A stretch of DNA of 64,000 nt, taken from contig CAYMOA010000002.1 of the NCBI GenBank assembly GCA_964391935.1, positions 995-64,994 on the forward strand, in the 5' to 3' direction. The notes under the pieces were generated by a model, which was not told the origin of the DNA, ran no database searches, and worked only from the letters and a program-made list of their open reading frames with translations. Made by a program: the position numbers and the translations under genes. Shown in pieces: positions 19,312 to 29,153 of the stretch. Source of the DNA: an uncultured Candidatus Saccharibacteria bacterium (GTDB taxonomy: Bacteria; Patescibacteriota; Minisyncoccia; Phycocordibacterales; UBA5272). How positions within the stretch are numbered: position 1 is the stretch's first letter; every line of letters begins with the position of its first letter.

Positions 19312-21027
19312 TTATTTCTTTACTGCCAAGTTACCTGCAGGATTGATTTTTAAATCAGGCACCATAGTTTCTACCTTTTTTTCTGAACTCACTTTTTTTG
19401 TAGCTTTGATTAATTCCAAAAACATCGGGTGTGCTGCCCAAGGTCTACTTAGGAATTCTGGATGTGACTGAGTTGCTAGGAAAAATGGGTGATTTATTTT
19501 TTTATCCGCCTCCACCAACTCTACCAGTTTTCCATCGGGAGAAGTCCCAGAAATTAACAAACCTCCCTCATTTATTTCTTTTAAAAAATTTTGGTTAACC
19601 TCAAAACGATGACGGTGCCTCTCTTCTATTTTTTCTTTTCCAAAAGTTTTGAATGCTAAAGTATTTTTCACAACTTTACAAATATATGTTCCGAGTCGCA
19701 TAGTTCCACCGGTATTTTCTTTACCAACTTGATCATTCATTATGTACACCACATTTCTGTTTTTCTCACGTGCTTGTTTGTCAAACTCCTCACTATTGGC
19801 ATTTTTAACTCCACCCAGTCTCGCCGCACCGATCACTGCAACTTGCAAACCGAGACAAAGCCCGAGATATGGAACTTTATTTTGCAGTGCATATTGTGCA
19901 GCGAATATTTTTCCTTCTACACCTCTATTTCCAAAACCTCCAGGAACTAGGATCCCATCGAAACTTGATAGTTCTGTTTTGATATTCTTTTCGTTTATTT
20001 TTTCTGCATCAACCCAAACATATTTAAGTTTTGCACCTACATTCCAAGAAGCAATTTTTAAACTTTCTATAACCGAGTAATACGAGTCAGCATTGTCGAG
20101 ATATTTTGCCACAATACCAACTTTTATTTCTTTTTGAGTTTTAGACTTTTCAAATAAATTTACAACTTTCCCCCACTTGTCATCCATCTTTTTTGCAAAA
20201 TCTTTTTCATTAAACTTGATTTTAAATTTATCAAAAATATATTTGTGAATATTTTTTTGGAAAAGAGTTTCAGGTACACGATAAATAGTGTCGGCATTTG
20301 GCAAAACAATTATTTGTTCTTGCGGAACTCCAACAAACGGAGCGACTTTTTTCTCGATATAAATATTTCTAGGTATTTCTTCTGTGCGAGCCACTATAAT
20401 GTCTGGAACAATCCCATACTCACGTAGGTCACGCACCGAGTTTTGTAAGGGTTTAGTTTTAAATTCTTCTGAAACTTTTAGAAAAGGAACATAGGCAACA
20501 TGCACAAAAATACAATTCTCTCGACCTACTTTTGCAGACAACTCACGAACAGCCTCTATATATGATAGAGCCTCATAGTCACCAACAGTACCACCGAGCT
20601 CCATGATATGCACGTCAGAATTTTTAGAAGCTTCTAATATTTTTTCTTGTATCAAATTGGTGAGATGTGGCACCAGTTGAACATTTTTTCCTTCATAAAA
20701 ACCAGCTCTCTCACGAGCGAGCATTTCTGTAAAAAGTCCTCCAGACAACATCACACAATTTTTATTTAAATCCTCCCCGATGAATCTCTCGTAATGACCT
20801 AGGTCCAGATCAGTTTCCTTTCCATCACCAGTTACGAAACATTCCCCGTGTTCTCGCGGGTTAAGAGTCCCTGAGTCTACATTAAAATATGGCTCGAGTT
20901 TTTGCACGGTAACCTTTTTCCCAACACAATTTAAAAGGGCGCCTATAGACGCCGCTGTGATACCTTTCCCTATTCCTGACAATACACCACCTGTTACAAC
21001 TACATATTTTGTATTTTTATTACTCAT
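19312..21027 (-). CDS. pyrG: CTP synthase
   Basis: N-terminus KYVVVTGGVLSGIGKGITAASIG. Glutamine amidotransferase C-domain GLCLGLQ, with H and E. Confidence 0.95.
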   Translation of the reverse strand: MSNKNTKYVVVTGGVLSGIGKGITAASIGALLNCVGKKVTVQKLEPYFNVDSGTLNPREHGECFVTGDGKETDLDLGHYERFIGEDLNKNCVMLSGGLFTEMLARERAGFYEGKNVQLVPHLTNLIQEKILEASKNSDVHIMELGGTVGDYEALSYIEAVRELSAKVGRENCIFVHVAYVPFLKVSEEFKTKPLQNSVRDLREYGIVPDIIVARTEEIPRNIYIEKKVAPFVGVPQEQIIVLPNADTIYRVPETLFQKNIHKYIFDKFKIKFNEKDFAKKMDDKWGKVVNLFEKSKTQKEIKVGIVAKYLDNADSYYSVIESLKIASWNVGAKLKYVWVDAEKINEKNIKTELSSFDGILVPGGFGNRGVEGKIFAAQYALQNKVPYLGLCLGLQVAVIGAARLGGVKNANSEEFDKQAREKNRNVVYIMNDQVGKENTGGTMRLGTYICKVVKNTLAFKTFGKEKIEERHRHRFEVNQNFLKEINEGGLLISGTSPDGKLVELVEADKKINHPFFLATQSHPEFLSRPWAAHPMFLELIKATKKVSSEKKVETMVPDLKINPAGNLAVKK

Positions 21028-21110
21028 ATGTTTAGATATTATACACCCGACAGGACTTTTGGAAAACTAGACGGGTCTGTGTTATGATGTCAGTATAATA
21101 TAAAAAGAGC

Positions 21111-21623
21111 ATGAAGAAAATTTACATAATCATTGTAGTCGTATTAATTATCAGTCTTTTTGTTGGCTACGCAGCTGGTCGAGGATATAAAACTTATGAG
21201 ATAAATCTAGAAAAAAGTAATGGGAAAAATATTTCAAGTACGGGACTTCTCGCTTCTGACCCTGACTCAAAAGTCTTGGATAAAGAACTTGTAGACCCAA
21301 ACTTTTATGCACCGAGGATCTTAGAAGTTACGGCTACTAGAGATTACCAAAGTGGCTATAACCTAAAACTTAGAACTTCTAATTTTAAATTCACACCAGA
21401 AACTCTGAACGCTGCTTTGGAACAAAATGCAGGTTATGCTTATGTTTCTGTTAATGGACAAAATATTGGTAGAGTTTATTCCCCTATTTACCATATCCCA
21501 GAAAGTTTCTTTAACACTGGAACTAATACTATATCTGTAGTTTTAAAAGCCAATAATTATAAAACTTGGTGGAGTAAAAAAGGAACACTAGAAGCAAAAT
21601 ACGATTTAGAAATCTTTAAATAA
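21111..21623 (+). CDS. Hypothetical exported protein (N-terminal signal/anchor)
   Basis: 170 aa with N-terminal hydrophobic helix. No motif recognised. Confidence 0.5.
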   Translation: MKKIYIIIVVVLIISLFVGYAAGRGYKTYEINLEKSNGKNISSTGLLASDPDSKVLDKELVDPNFYAPRILEVTATRDYQSGYNLKLRTSNFKFTPETLNAALEQNAGYAYVSVNGQNIGRVYSPIYHIPESFFNTGTNTISVVLKANNYKTWWSKKGTLEAKYDLEIFK

Positions 21624-21722
21624 TTTTTTACTATTTATTTTTCGATCTTGTACATTGAGAGTTAAGAGCTGATAAGTCCCTTCTACCAAACAAATAACTT
21701 GTGCCTTTTTCATATTTTATTT

Positions 21723-22280
21723 TTATATTTTTTGCATGTACAGCACTGCAGTTATTAATATCAGAAGTAATAGAACTACTAGCCAAAACCAAGCACTGAT
21801 CCCAAAGAAATCATAAGGTCCCTCGGTTACGGTATCTGTTTGAGTAGCCATCATATCAGCATCCTCATACATTGTTGGCATAGTATCAGTTGCCGATGTA
21901 GTAGTAGAATCTTCTGGTAAAAAATCTGACTCAGAAGTAGCTGTATTTGTAGGTACAGAATTTATATAATTATCATTTGCCTGGGCAATTTTTTTGGTGT
22001 AGGTTGGGGCCATCGGTTGGGACGCCAAGGCAACATTACCATAGGACTGATTATAATTTCCACTTCCATAACTATAGCTTTCGGCTGGGACAACTATCGA
22101 GCCACCACCACCTCCGCCACCATAACTTTGCGCGGGTGTACTAACTACATTTCCTGTCATACTTCCCTGATAACTCTCATTGGAAATTGTTCCTGTTATT
22201 TCCGAAGCATTTACCAAAGTAGTATTAAGAGAAAGAAATCCTAGAAATACAAAACAGGTAGCAATAATAGTTTTTTTCAT
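21723..22280 (-). CDS. Secreted low-complexity protein with signal peptide and C-terminal TM anchor
   Basis: The ORF caller began at an upstream Met. The likely start is MKKTIIATCFVFLGFLSLNTTLVNA (signal peptide). Gly-run, S/T/N-rich body, C-terminal hydrophobic helix. Confidence 0.5.
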   Translation of the reverse strand: MKKTIIATCFVFLGFLSLNTTLVNASEITGTISNESYQGSMTGNVVSTPAQSYGGGGGGGSIVVPAESYSYGSGNYNQSYGNVALASQPMAPTYTKKIAQANDNYINSVPTNTATSESDFLPEDSTTTSATDTMPTMYEDADMMATQTDTVTEGPYDFFGISAWFWLVVLLLLILITAVLYMQKI

Positions 22281-22470
22281 AACCACCACGAGCACCACGA
22301 GCACCTGTTGATACATTTCCACCTGTGTTCGATGAAGTTGTAACAGTATTTGAGAGACTTGTAGTGTTAGCATTCACTACACTAATTGTCGCTGCCGAAG
22401 CCATCGACGCCATTAATCCAAAAGACAAAGCACTAGAAACCACCAGAAGTTTACGTAAACCAGTTTTCAT
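22225..22470 (-). CDS. Small secreted S/T/N-rich protein (3' end overlaps next gene by ~56 nt; possible frameshifted N-terminal part of the same protein)
   Basis: 81 aa. Clear signal peptide MKTGLRKLLVVSSALSFGLMASMASA. The tail YEKNYYCYLFCISRISFS looks like read-through into the neighbour's start region. Confidence 0.35.
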   Translation of the reverse strand: MKTGLRKLLVVSSALSFGLMASMASAATISVVNANTTSLSNTVTTSSNTGGNVSTGARGARGGYEKNYYCYLFCISRISFS

Positions 22471-22611
22471 ATTTTATTTGTTGTTGATACTTTAATAAAA
22501 TTTGTATCGACAAGTGAAAAGACGAAACCTGTGAAAATCTATTACTCACAGGAAAATTGTTTTGTAATATTTACCGTCAAACTCTGTCTACTACTATTTG
22601 TTATTTATTTA

Positions 22612-23556
22612 TTAAATCTTTTTTAAATATTTTTTTGAAAGTGGGTCTTGGTTATTTTGGATTTTAAACATTCTTTCTTTTAAAATTTTTGTTATTGATC
22701 CTATATTTTCTCCTACATTTTCTTTACCAATTTTTCTACCATCAACTTCAATAACCGGTGCAACGTATGCTGAGGTTCCTGTGGCAAATATTTCGTCTGC
22801 GATATACAACTCGGTCATATCTATTTTTCTTTCTTCTATTTTTTTTATTTCCCCTGTCCTTACCATATCCTCAGCAGCTTCTAAAATAGTTTTTCTATTA
22901 ATTCCCTCTAAAATATCTGCTGAGTTGTCAGGTGTGATTAAAACTCCATCTCGGACAATAAAAATGTTCGCTGCCGAAAGTTCGCAGACATGGCCATTTG
23001 TATCTAGAAAAATAGCATCATCATAACCACTGTCTATTGCATCTTGTTTAGCGAGCACTGAGTTTACATAGGCACCATTAACTTTTGCCCGACTAGGAAT
23101 ACAAAAGTCAGGGTTCCGTCGCCAAGGAGATATTTTTAGTCGTGTCCCATTCTGAGGAACAATTGGGTTGGCTTCATATAAAAAAATAGAGAGTATGGTA
23201 GATAAACCTTTACTTTTGGTTCCTGGCACCAACTCATCAACATGGATAGTCGCCCGAGCAAAAACATTTTCTTGTAAATTATTTTCTTGTATTAAATTTT
23301 TGGTAATTTCTAAAAATTTTTCTAAACTCTCGCACTCTGTTGGGCACCCTATACCTATCAGCTTGGCCGAGTTCCGCAATCTCTTCAAATGTTCCTCTAT
23401 CCGAAAGACATAAAATTCTCCATCAATTTTATTTATGGGAAAAACTGTGTAGACACTGAGACCATATAAAACTGCGGAGGAGGCGATATGTATCCGAGCC
23501 TGCGACTCATCAACAATACCATTTTTATAATAAATTTTGTTGTATATTTTTGCCAT
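22612..23556 (-). CDS. Class IV PLP-dependent aminotransferase (branched-chain/D-amino-acid aminotransferase family)
   Basis: 314 aa. N-terminus YKNGIVDESQARIHIASSAVLYG and internal EGINRKT/ELYIADEIFATGT motifs are typical of IlvE-like fold type IV. Confidence 0.8.
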   Translation of the reverse strand: MAKIYNKIYYKNGIVDESQARIHIASSAVLYGLSVYTVFPINKIDGEFYVFRIEEHLKRLRNSAKLIGIGCPTECESLEKFLEITKNLIQENNLQENVFARATIHVDELVPGTKSKGLSTILSIFLYEANPIVPQNGTRLKISPWRRNPDFCIPSRAKVNGAYVNSVLAKQDAIDSGYDDAIFLDTNGHVCELSAANIFIVRDGVLITPDNSADILEGINRKTILEAAEDMVRTGEIKKIEERKIDMTELYIADEIFATGTSAYVAPVIEVDGRKIGKENVGENIGSITKILKERMFKIQNNQDPLSKKYLKKI

Positions 23557-23578
23557 GTGCTTTTTAATCTTCTGGTTC

Positions 23579-24244
23579 CTAGTACAAAATACTCTTAAAC
23601 TTATTTCCCACTTCTCTTCCTACTACAAAACCAAGAATCACACCCATAACAAAATCAGAAAACCAATGAATAAATAAAGAAACCGAGAACCCAACATAAA
23701 AAGCAAACGCAACAACAAGGAAAATCAAAATAATATTTTTAAGATCTCTTTTTTTATTTAACAAAACTAAAGTAACTGCAGTAGCTACAGAGAAAATTAC
23801 CGTAGTATGAGAAGACGGCCACCCCCAAAATATTCCGTGTTCCCAAAAACCAAAATTAAAATTCGCAGAAATATTTGTAAGCAAGTCCTGTGTGTTTGGT
23901 TGGATTCTGCCTGTAAAAGCTTTTATAAAAGACGAAGCGAACCACCCCAGAAATGCTGACTGTCCCAAGAGACCAGCCCATATTTTTAATTTTGTATCTT
24001 TTTTTAGAATCCCCATCAGAAAAAAAATAATCGGTAAGAGTATTGGAACTAACCCCCCGACAGTTATTCCTAAAAAAACCCATTTTCTGATATTCCAATC
24101 ATTAAAAAACAAAAAATAATTCCAATCAAAATCAGTAATAACTAACAAATATGTCAGCAAAAAACCAAATAGCACAAGAAAAATTTTCTCTTTACGAAAA
24201 AAGTTTTTTATCGTTTCCTCAAGTCCAAATAAAAATATTTTCAT
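23579..24244 (-). CDS. PAP2-superfamily membrane phosphatase
   Basis: Motifs KAFTGRIQP (KxxxxxxRP), PSSHT (PSGH) and HWFSD (SRxxxxxHxxxD-like). Confidence 0.7.
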   Translation of the reverse strand: MKIFLFGLEETIKNFFRKEKIFLVLFGFLLTYLLVITDFDWNYFLFFNDWNIRKWVFLGITVGGLVPILLPIIFFLMGILKKDTKLKIWAGLLGQSAFLGWFASSFIKAFTGRIQPNTQDLLTNISANFNFGFWEHGIFWGWPSSHTTVIFSVATAVTLVLLNKKRDLKNIILIFLVVAFAFYVGFSVSLFIHWFSDFVMGVILGFVVGREVGNKFKSILY

Positions 24245-24252
24245 AATAAAGA

Positions 24253-24678
24253 TTATTTTTCTGGGTTAAATTCTATTTCCCACTCTATTCCATATTTATC
24301 TCTAAACATCGCAAAACATGTTCCTTCTGGATTGTCTGATATAGGTATTTCTATTTCCCCACCAACAGAAAGTCCGTTAAATAATTTCTTTGCTTCTTCT
24401 TTACTTTCCGCTGTTATAAAAATTTTACTCCTATTTTCTCTTTCATTTGTTCGTCCCATAATTTCTGGGATATCATTTCCAATTAAAAAGTTTGGTCCGA
24501 CAGATAGAGATATTTGCATTATTTTGTCTTGTTCACTTTCTGCCACTGGGAACTCTGCACTTGCTATGTCTTTGAAGCGGATGATTTTTGCGAACTCTCC
24601 ACCAAAGACTGATTTATAAAAAGTAAAAGCTTCGAGCGCATTTCCGTTAAAGTTGATGTGTGGGTTAATTGTTGTCAT
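24253..24678 (-). CDS. VOC-family (glyoxalase/PhnB-like) protein
   Basis: 141 aa. N-terminal MTTINPHINFNGNALEAFTFYKSVFGGEF is typical of PhnB-like proteins. Confidence 0.7.
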   Translation of the reverse strand: MTTINPHINFNGNALEAFTFYKSVFGGEFAKIIRFKDIASAEFPVAESEQDKIMQISLSVGPNFLIGNDIPEIMGRTNERENRSKIFITAESKEEAKKLFNGLSVGGEIEIPISDNPEGTCFAMFRDKYGIEWEIEFNPEK

Positions 24679-24686
24679 ATTCAGTG

Positions 24687-24932
24687 TTAAGCTCTTTTCA
24701 CAAACTCAGATTTTAAAGACATTTGGCCAAACCCATCTATTTTACAGTCGATATTATGACCATTACTACTGTCTGTTAAACGGATATTTTTAACCTTGGT
24801 TCCTGCTTTGATAGGTTTAGAAGACCCCTTTACTGGAAGGTTTTTTACAACCACAACAGTATCTCCGTCACTTAATTTATTTCCATTTGAATCCAGAACC
24901 TCATACTCATCATCTTCAATTTCTTTTGACAT
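24687..24932 (-). CDS. PhnA-domain protein (YjdC-like)
   Basis: 81 aa. [25 protein letters not shown]…[11 protein letters not shown] matches the PhnA C-terminal domain. Confidence 0.7.
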   Translation of the reverse strand: MSKEIEDDEYEVLDSNGNKLSDGDTVVVVKNLPVKGSSKPIKAGTKVKNIRLTDSSNGHNIDCKIDGFGQMSLKSEFVKRA

Positions 24933-24944
24933 ATTTTAATTATA

Positions 24945-25042
24945 ACATAAAGAAAAATACCTAAGGGTACACTTATCCTTTAGGTCTTGTTCCCAAAGTT
25001 ATTTTCCATTAGCGGAAGATGTGGAACGATGTTCGACAAGCA
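24945..25042. repeat. Degenerate copy (E0) of the attC-like intergenic palindromic element
   Basis: The right arm ttagcggaagatgtggaacgatgttcgacaag resembles the conserved gcggaagRccatatacaaYgttcggca. An upstream imperfect hairpin acctaaggg…ccctttaggt replaces the usual terminator hairpin. Confidence 0.4.
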
Positions 25043-25068
25043 ATTGTCGAGGACATTTAACTATTAAA

Positions 25069-26446
25069 CTATTTCTTTAACCATTTCAGTATCATTTTTG
25101 CTAATAAATTACCTATCTCATTCCAAGCATCACCTAAGCTTGGTTCTAGTTTCTTTGGTTCAATCGTTATATCCTTTTGCAATCTCAATCTATCAAATTC
25201 TTCTGCATATCTATTTCTTTTTTTAAGAGTCAGTAAGTTATAAAGTAAAGCCAAGATAACTAACAACGGCAAAGGAGTTAGAAGTTCATAAACATGATTT
25301 TTATTAAAATCTCCTTCAATTTCAAACTTCATTTTTACACCTCTTTGACCACTAACAAGAGATTTGAACAAATTTTCTTCGGCTTTATGTGTAGAAAAAT
25401 AAGTTAGAACTCTCGGATCGTTTGCATTAAAGTATTTAATCAGTTCAAAAACTTTTTCATAATTTGGTTTACTACTAACTCCGAAAATACTTTCTGAAAT
25501 TTGTCCTAGTTGTCCTACTTCAGCAGTATCTAAAACTCGCTCAAGGGAACTTAATTTAATATTCTCTATTGCTTCCCTTCCAATCCCTGCTTGTTCAAAT
25601 GCTTGCTTTGCAATTTTATATACATCATCAAGTCTTTGTTTTGCCAATTTTTCATTGTCAGGACTTGAATTACCAATACTTTTAGGTCCAGCAAACTTTT
25701 CATCTTCATTAGATGCAAGACCAGTCATTTCAATTCCCTTAACTCTTGTATCATTCAAATCAAAACGAATTTTACCAGTTGCCTCATCAAAATACTTACC
25801 ACTGTTTAATCCGTAGATTTCTAGTGCCTCCCAAGAGCGTTGCATAATAATTTGGTCACTCATTCTTTCTTTCAACAATCTAACCATCTCATCTAAAATA
25901 GTTTTCTCTTGCTCTGGGGTTAGTGATTTTATGTTTGCAAATTTTCTACTAAATTCTGATGGTAATGCCACTTCGATAAACATTTGTCTTTTACATCTTT
26001 CCGATATTGAAAAACCAAGTGGGACTAAAACGGAACCATAGTTAAATGATTTTGTTCCGTCCTCGTTATACTTAAAGAAACGAGCAAAAAACTCTGGTTT
26101 ATGTATTGTTTGGCAAACATCTTCATAAGTATCTTCTACCAACTTTTTCAGTGCTTGATTTTCGTAAATTGCACTTGAAACTCCAGTTAGTGGTCTCTGA
26201 CCGTACATGTGTTCATTGTAATTTTCTTTTACAGGTACAAAGTTTAACCAGGCAGAAAGTAGTGCAGTAGTAATAATCCCAGTTTTAACTCCAGATGGAA
26301 CACCCTTCATCCCTTGTGCTCTGTCATATATCATATCCACATACAAATCTTCACCTTGAATAGTAATAGGTTCTTTTGGTAGCCACTTTCTACCTACTTC
26401 TCTTGTAATACGAACTGGTGGTTTTGGTTCTTTTAGGTTTGCCATA
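25069..26446 (-). CDS. Hypothetical protein (cassette gene)
   Basis: The called ORF starts inside the repeat element. The more likely start is MANLKEPK at 26446 (~459 aa). No motif recognised. Confidence 0.5.
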
Positions 26447-26476
26447 TCATGAAATAGTATATTACAAAAAAACCCT

Positions 26477-26583
26477 TTTGCCGAACCTGGCATTTTGTAT
26501 CATTTCTTAGTAAAGAAAAAATCCTTGTTTTACAAGGATGATTTCGTTAGCGGAAGGCCATATACAACGTTCGGCAGAGTATT
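26477..26583. repeat. attC-like imperfect-palindromic intergenic element E1
   Basis: tttgccgaacctggcattttgtatca…ccttgttttacaagg…gcggaaggccatatacaacgttcggcagagtatt. Terminal inverted repeats TGCCGAAC/GTTCGGCA, internal hairpin plus T-run. Confidence 0.7.
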
Positions 26584-26599
26584 ATTGAAGAATATAAAA

Positions 26600-27139
26600 C
26601 TAAATTGTAACTATGTTCAAGAAATCTGATACGAATTTTTCTAACTCTTTCGTAAAATCTTCTCTCTGCTCGGGCGACATTTTAGCATACGGTTTTAGGT
26701 CGGGTTGCTTTTTCTCCAACTCTAACAATCTATCTTTTACCTCACATTCATTCATTCTCTTTACCGATTTCAAAGCAACTCTAATCCAGTTCAAAAGTGG
26801 TGATAGTTTATTTACCCTATTCTTATCACTTTGATAAAACTCAACAAAAGGTTTTCCATATTTCTTACCCATCTCCATCCTCCACTTTCTGCGAGAAGTA
26901 TGGTCTATACCAAAATTATCAACAATTCTTTTTAATGCTAAAAATCTTTTTGCAACATCTACTGTTTTTTCAAATAACTGAAATTCTGTTACACCCATAA
27001 ATTGAGAAAGACCTAGATTTAATTCTCTATCTTTGTATTGGTTATTACCCTCAATTATTATCAAAGAATTTTCTTGTATAAATTTATCTTCATAGAAAAA
27101 TTCCATTTGTTTTTCGGTAGGATTTATATTCTCTGACAT
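26600..27139 (-). CDS. Hypothetical protein (cassette gene)
   Basis: 179 aa ORF flanked by repeat elements E1 and E2. Confidence 0.5.
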   Translation of the reverse strand: MSENINPTEKQMEFFYEDKFIQENSLIIIEGNNQYKDRELNLGLSQFMGVTEFQLFEKTVDVAKRFLALKRIVDNFGIDHTSRRKWRMEMGKKYGKPFVEFYQSDKNRVNKLSPLLNWIRVALKSVKRMNECEVKDRLLELEKKQPDLKPYAKMSPEQREDFTKELEKFVSDFLNIVTI

Positions 27140-27166
27140 ATATAAAATTATATCAACAAAAACTCA

Positions 27167-27268
27167 TTTTGCCGAACTTAGCATTTTGTATCACCTCTTG
27201 TAAAAGAAAAAACCCTTGATTTACAAGGACTATTTCAGGTACGGAAGGCCATATACAATGTTCGGCAA
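27167..27268. repeat. attC-like imperfect-palindromic intergenic element E2 (102 bp)
   Basis: ttttgccgaacttagcattttgtatcacc…ccttgatttacaagg…ggtacggaaggccatatacaatgttcggcaa. Ends 1 nt before the stop codon of the adjacent gene. Confidence 0.7.
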
Positions 27269-27269
27269 T

Positions 27270-28316
27270 CTATTCTGAAGGAAAATCTTGTACATATTTC
27301 TCATTAACCTTATTAGACATAGCCATCATTATTTCTCTACTAAATTCTCTTGACTCCCCTTTAGACTTCATTTGTTTTCTAAAAGATAAAATGGCCTCTT
27401 TGAAACTTCCATATTTTTCAACTATCAATCTTAGTACACTCCAAGCTAGAGCATTTTGTTGCCTCTCCGTCAGAGCTTTATAATCTTCCTCCATTTCAAG
27501 TGCTGATTCTACAATATAGGCTAACATTGATTCTTCAAAAACTTCGTCTGTGACTGGCTGTTCATATTTTAATAAAAAATTACATTTTTCACTTGGTTTG
27601 TTTAATAAAGCAGTCGCAGCAGAAAAAACTTGGGCCCCCATTGACTTAAAATATTCACTCAATCTACCGTGCAGAACTCCATAAGGTGCACCGATAGTAA
27701 TGGAGGCCTTAGGAGCAAGACTAGCAAAGTATTTATGTTTAGTTAGTTCTTCTGTAAAGTTCTGTGCAACAAAAATATCCCTCTCTCTTTGGGCTTCTAC
27801 AATATCAACACAAGTTTTTTCCCACATATCTAGTAAATACTCATAACTATCACTTCTAAATCTATCAAATAAAATCATTCTCGCCCATCTTTGTCTACTT
27901 AAAGCTTGGTCTACTTTATAAGTCCCAGCTACCTTATCTCTTGCTTCACTACATACAATTAGTGGTTGGTATTCTGGACTTTCTTTTACATACTCTCTTA
28001 AGGCAGTCGCCAAACCTTCAACAAATTCATTTCTAATTCTTGGGAATTTTACATCTTTTCCAAGAACATAATCTTGAATGTCAGATAAATCTTCATCTCT
28101 AGCACGAACAAGTTCTAGTAAAATAATTTCTGGTTTATCTTTAAGAGAAAGTAAATTATTTACCGCGTTTATTCCATCTTGTGTTGTGCCGTGAAGTAAG
28201 CGAAGACTAACAAAGTTAACCGACTCCAAATTACTCATTCCTTTGCTTCTCAAAGATTCCACTAAAGAATTATTTTCTATTTTATTTTCACTTTGTTTTC
28301 TAAATTCAATACTCAT
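27270..28316 (-). CDS. Hypothetical protein (cassette gene)
   Basis: 348 aa ORF, no recognisable motif. Confidence 0.5.
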   Translation of the reverse strand: MSIEFRKQSENKIENNSLVESLRSKGMSNLESVNFVSLRLLHGTTQDGINAVNNLLSLKDKPEIILLELVRARDEDLSDIQDYVLGKDVKFPRIRNEFVEGLATALREYVKESPEYQPLIVCSEARDKVAGTYKVDQALSRQRWARMILFDRFRSDSYEYLLDMWEKTCVDIVEAQRERDIFVAQNFTEELTKHKYFASLAPKASITIGAPYGVLHGRLSEYFKSMGAQVFSAATALLNKPSEKCNFLLKYEQPVTDEVFEESMLAYIVESALEMEEDYKALTERQQNALAWSVLRLIVEKYGSFKEAILSFRKQMKSKGESREFSREIMMAMSNKVNEKYVQDFPSE

Positions 28317-28345
28317 AATAAATAAAGTATATCAGTAAAAATAAC

Positions 28346-28451
28346 TTTGCCGAACTTACGCGTTTGTATCACTTCTTGTAAAAGAAAAAACCCTTAATTT
28401 ATAAGAGTTTTTTCGTTAGCGGAAGACCATATACAATGTTCGGCAAAGTAT
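28346..28451. repeat. attC-like imperfect-palindromic intergenic element E3
   Basis: tttgccgaacttacgcgtttgtatcac…cccttaatttataag…gcggaagaccatatacaatgttcggcaaagtat. Confidence 0.7.
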
Positions 28452-28484
28452 CCAGGAAGAAACCCTATCAACTTAGAAAGAAAA

Positions 28485-29153
28485 TCATCTCATTTTCCGC
28501 CTTTCTGCGTTTTCTTTATTTTCAAACTTTTCTACTATTTGTGGAATTTTGTTTCTATCAGACACAACCACTACTCCAATACTCTCCAATTCACTAATCT
28601 GCTCTTTAGACAACTTCCCAGTAGTATTTACACAAATTTGCACTAAATTTTTAGGAACTCTTCCTTGAACAAAATGACGGAAAGTATCGTCTATGAAAAC
28701 AACCTTATCTGTTCCATTTAAGGCACAAAATTTACGAATATAGTTTTCTTTATCTTCATCTGTATATTCCACTTTTTTAAACAAACTACTTATACCAGCA
28801 GCTTTTACTTTTTTCTCTTGAAATTCCTTGTCGCCATACGTAAGTAAAACCATATTTTCTTCACCATATTTTTCAGCCAATTTACTGGCAAAAGGAAACG
28901 TGAAATTGTGTATACCCGCGAACATTGTATCACTGACAATACTTTCATCAATATCAATTTGATGCTCGTGGGCGACATAATAAATAAATTTTTTAAAGCT
29001 AAATGTTGGACTCAACACCCTATAACCGTCATAATACTCTTTCGTCTTTTCTGGGGAAATTCCATATTCTAAAAATGCAGAATATATCCTTTCTGACTTA
29101 AATCTTGCCGTATCAAAAATTGTGTCGTCAAAGTCAATTAGAATTTTTATCAT
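28485..29153 (-). CDS. HAD-superfamily hydrolase
   Basis: N-terminal ILIDFDDTIFDT (DxDxT motif I), later motif-III-like Lys and Asp. 222 aa. Confidence 0.6.
   Translation of the reverse strand: MIKILIDFDDTIFDTARFKSERIYSAFLEYGISPEKTKEYYDGYRVLSPTFSFKKFIYYVAHEHQIDIDESIVSDTMFAGIHNFTFPFASKLAEKYGEENMVLLTYGDKEFQEKKVKAAGISSLFKKVEYTDEDKENYIRKFCALNGTDKVVFIDDTFRHFVQGRVPKNLVQICVNTTGKLSKEQISELESIGVVVVSDRNKIPQIVEKFENKENAERRKMR

Noticed and set aside
22282-22308. 9-bp tandem repeat accacgagc at the junction of the two secreted ORFs as a slipped-strand phase-variation switch
   Set aside because: The unit length is a multiple of 3, so copy-number change would not shift frame. It may still mark an assembly or indel problem (see finding).
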